Below, piece by piece: positions 63,286 to 64,000 of a stretch of 64,000 nucleotides of DNA. The stretch is from a virus (Duplodnaviria; Caudoviricetes). The stretch spans positions 160,001-224,000 of IMG/VR virus record IMGVR_UViG_3300038679_000357, one strand, 5' to 3'. Made by a program: the position numbers and the translations under genes. Every line of letters starts with the position of its first letter. Positions within the stretch are counted from its first letter, which is position 1. The notes beneath the pieces are model-generated. The model did not search any database and was not told the origin of the DNA. It worked only from the letters and a program-made list of their open reading frames with translations.

Positions 63286-64000
63286 AAATCCTTCACCTTT
63301 TTGAACGAATCGGCTCCAAATAGACTTATACAACGTTTGCCGTATACACTCCTATCACTTGATAGCGCAGAACAAGACTGATTATGAATACAGATTGTAG
63401 GAACTCTTAATAATCCAGACAGATTTGTTAACAAACTATCTGAACCAATCACCACCTTAGCCGTGAGCATCATCTCCATATATTCAGATAGCATCATTCC
63501 TCTAGCATCTATAGATATCCAATCCGGACAAGGATCATCAAGTGTTCCCATACAGACTGACGAAGATCCTGGTACTGGATCTATCAATGGAAGAATCCTT
63601 CTCTCGTTGTTTCTGCTTCCAAAATGATAATAAATCATATCTCCGCCAATCCAGTTTACAGAGGGGGCTGGAAACTCCACATTATTCGAAGAAGTATCGC
63701 CCCATAATCCACCACAATAAGCTAAAAACGCTGCCACATGACACCCAGTAGGAATCCATCGAGGGCAACAATTGTAATACCGATCATAGCCAGGATATAA
63801 CACTTCCAAAATGGAGGTCGAATATCTGGACATATCTATACCAGCTACTGCCTCATCCATTGGTGGATTCCACATCTCAGTGCTGATACATTCTCCTATT
63901 GGCATTCCGATCTTAGACAACACCGGATAGACTGAAGAAAAACGTGAGTTTACCAATATATCTGGAGCCTGACCATTAAGTTTAGTCGCCAACGATGCCG
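63267..64000 (-). CDS. GT9-like glycosyltransferase, 5' end probably outside the window
   Basis: SEYMEMMLTAKVVIGSDSLLTNLSGLLRVPTICIH matches the GT9 C-terminal DS..H motif; the frame is open to the window edge. Confidence 0.65.
   Translation of the reverse strand, partial: ASLATKLNGQAPDILVNSRFSSVYPVLSKIGMPIGECISTEMWNPPMDEAVAGIDMSRYSTSILEVLYPGYDRYYNCCPRWIPTGCHVAAFLAYCGGLWGDTSSNNVEFPAPSVNWIGGDMIYYHFGSRNNERRILPLIDPVPGSSSVCMGTLDDPCPDWISIDARGMMLSEYMEMMLTAKVVIGSDSLLTNLSGLLRVPTICIHNQSCSALSSDRSVYGKRCISLFGADSFKKVKDLCSITT

Noticed and set aside
1-64000. Stop-codon reassignment as in some large phages
   Set aside because: Code 11 already gives near-complete coding density with very long ORFs, and TAA, TGA and TAG all end genes at operon junctions.
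1-64000. Eukaryotic herpes-like or mirusvirus origin, suggested by the assemblin-like Ala|Ser motifs and nested scaffold
   Set aside because: Shine-Dalgarno sites, ATGA/TAATG gene overlaps, rho-independent terminators and a phage-type TerL and tail fibre indicate a prokaryotic virus.

Overview
A 64-kb segment of a large tailed dsDNA prokaryotic virus (Caudoviricetes, HK97-type head). Essentially every gene is on the minus strand in tightly packed operons with Shine-Dalgarno sites and standard code 11. In transcription order (right to left) it holds: a GT9-like gene (5' partial); terminase large subunit; a block of unusual enzymes (trypsin-like protease, zincin fused to a CCA/poly(A)-polymerase-like nucleotidyltransferase, DUF192 fused to a WYL-like domain); a GT9/GT8/SAM-methyltransferase cluster; a long block of beta-propeller, tail-fibre and poly-serine virion-type proteins; acidic head-region proteins; a portal carrying a C-terminal DUF559/Vsr-like nuclease; a 1443-aa unknown; a ~1615-aa prohead protease/scaffold polyprotein; a 1959-aa AAA+ ATPase; capsid decoration protein; major capsid protein; two GT4 glycosyltransferases; a probable neck protein; a LAGLIDADG-DNA methyltransferase fusion; an ADP-ribosyltransferase/Tpt1-like protein; and a ParB-like protein. 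The main unexplained signals are (i) a recurrent (I/V)-(K/R)-x-A|(S/A/Q) motif in many unrelated head-region proteins, suggesting protease-processed capsid cargo, (ii) enzyme domains fused to structural genes, and (iii) at least five glycosyltransferases alongside poly-Ser virion proteins. All family assignments come from motif recognition by eye; no database searches were run. I saw no tRNA, rRNA, CRISPR array or integrase.
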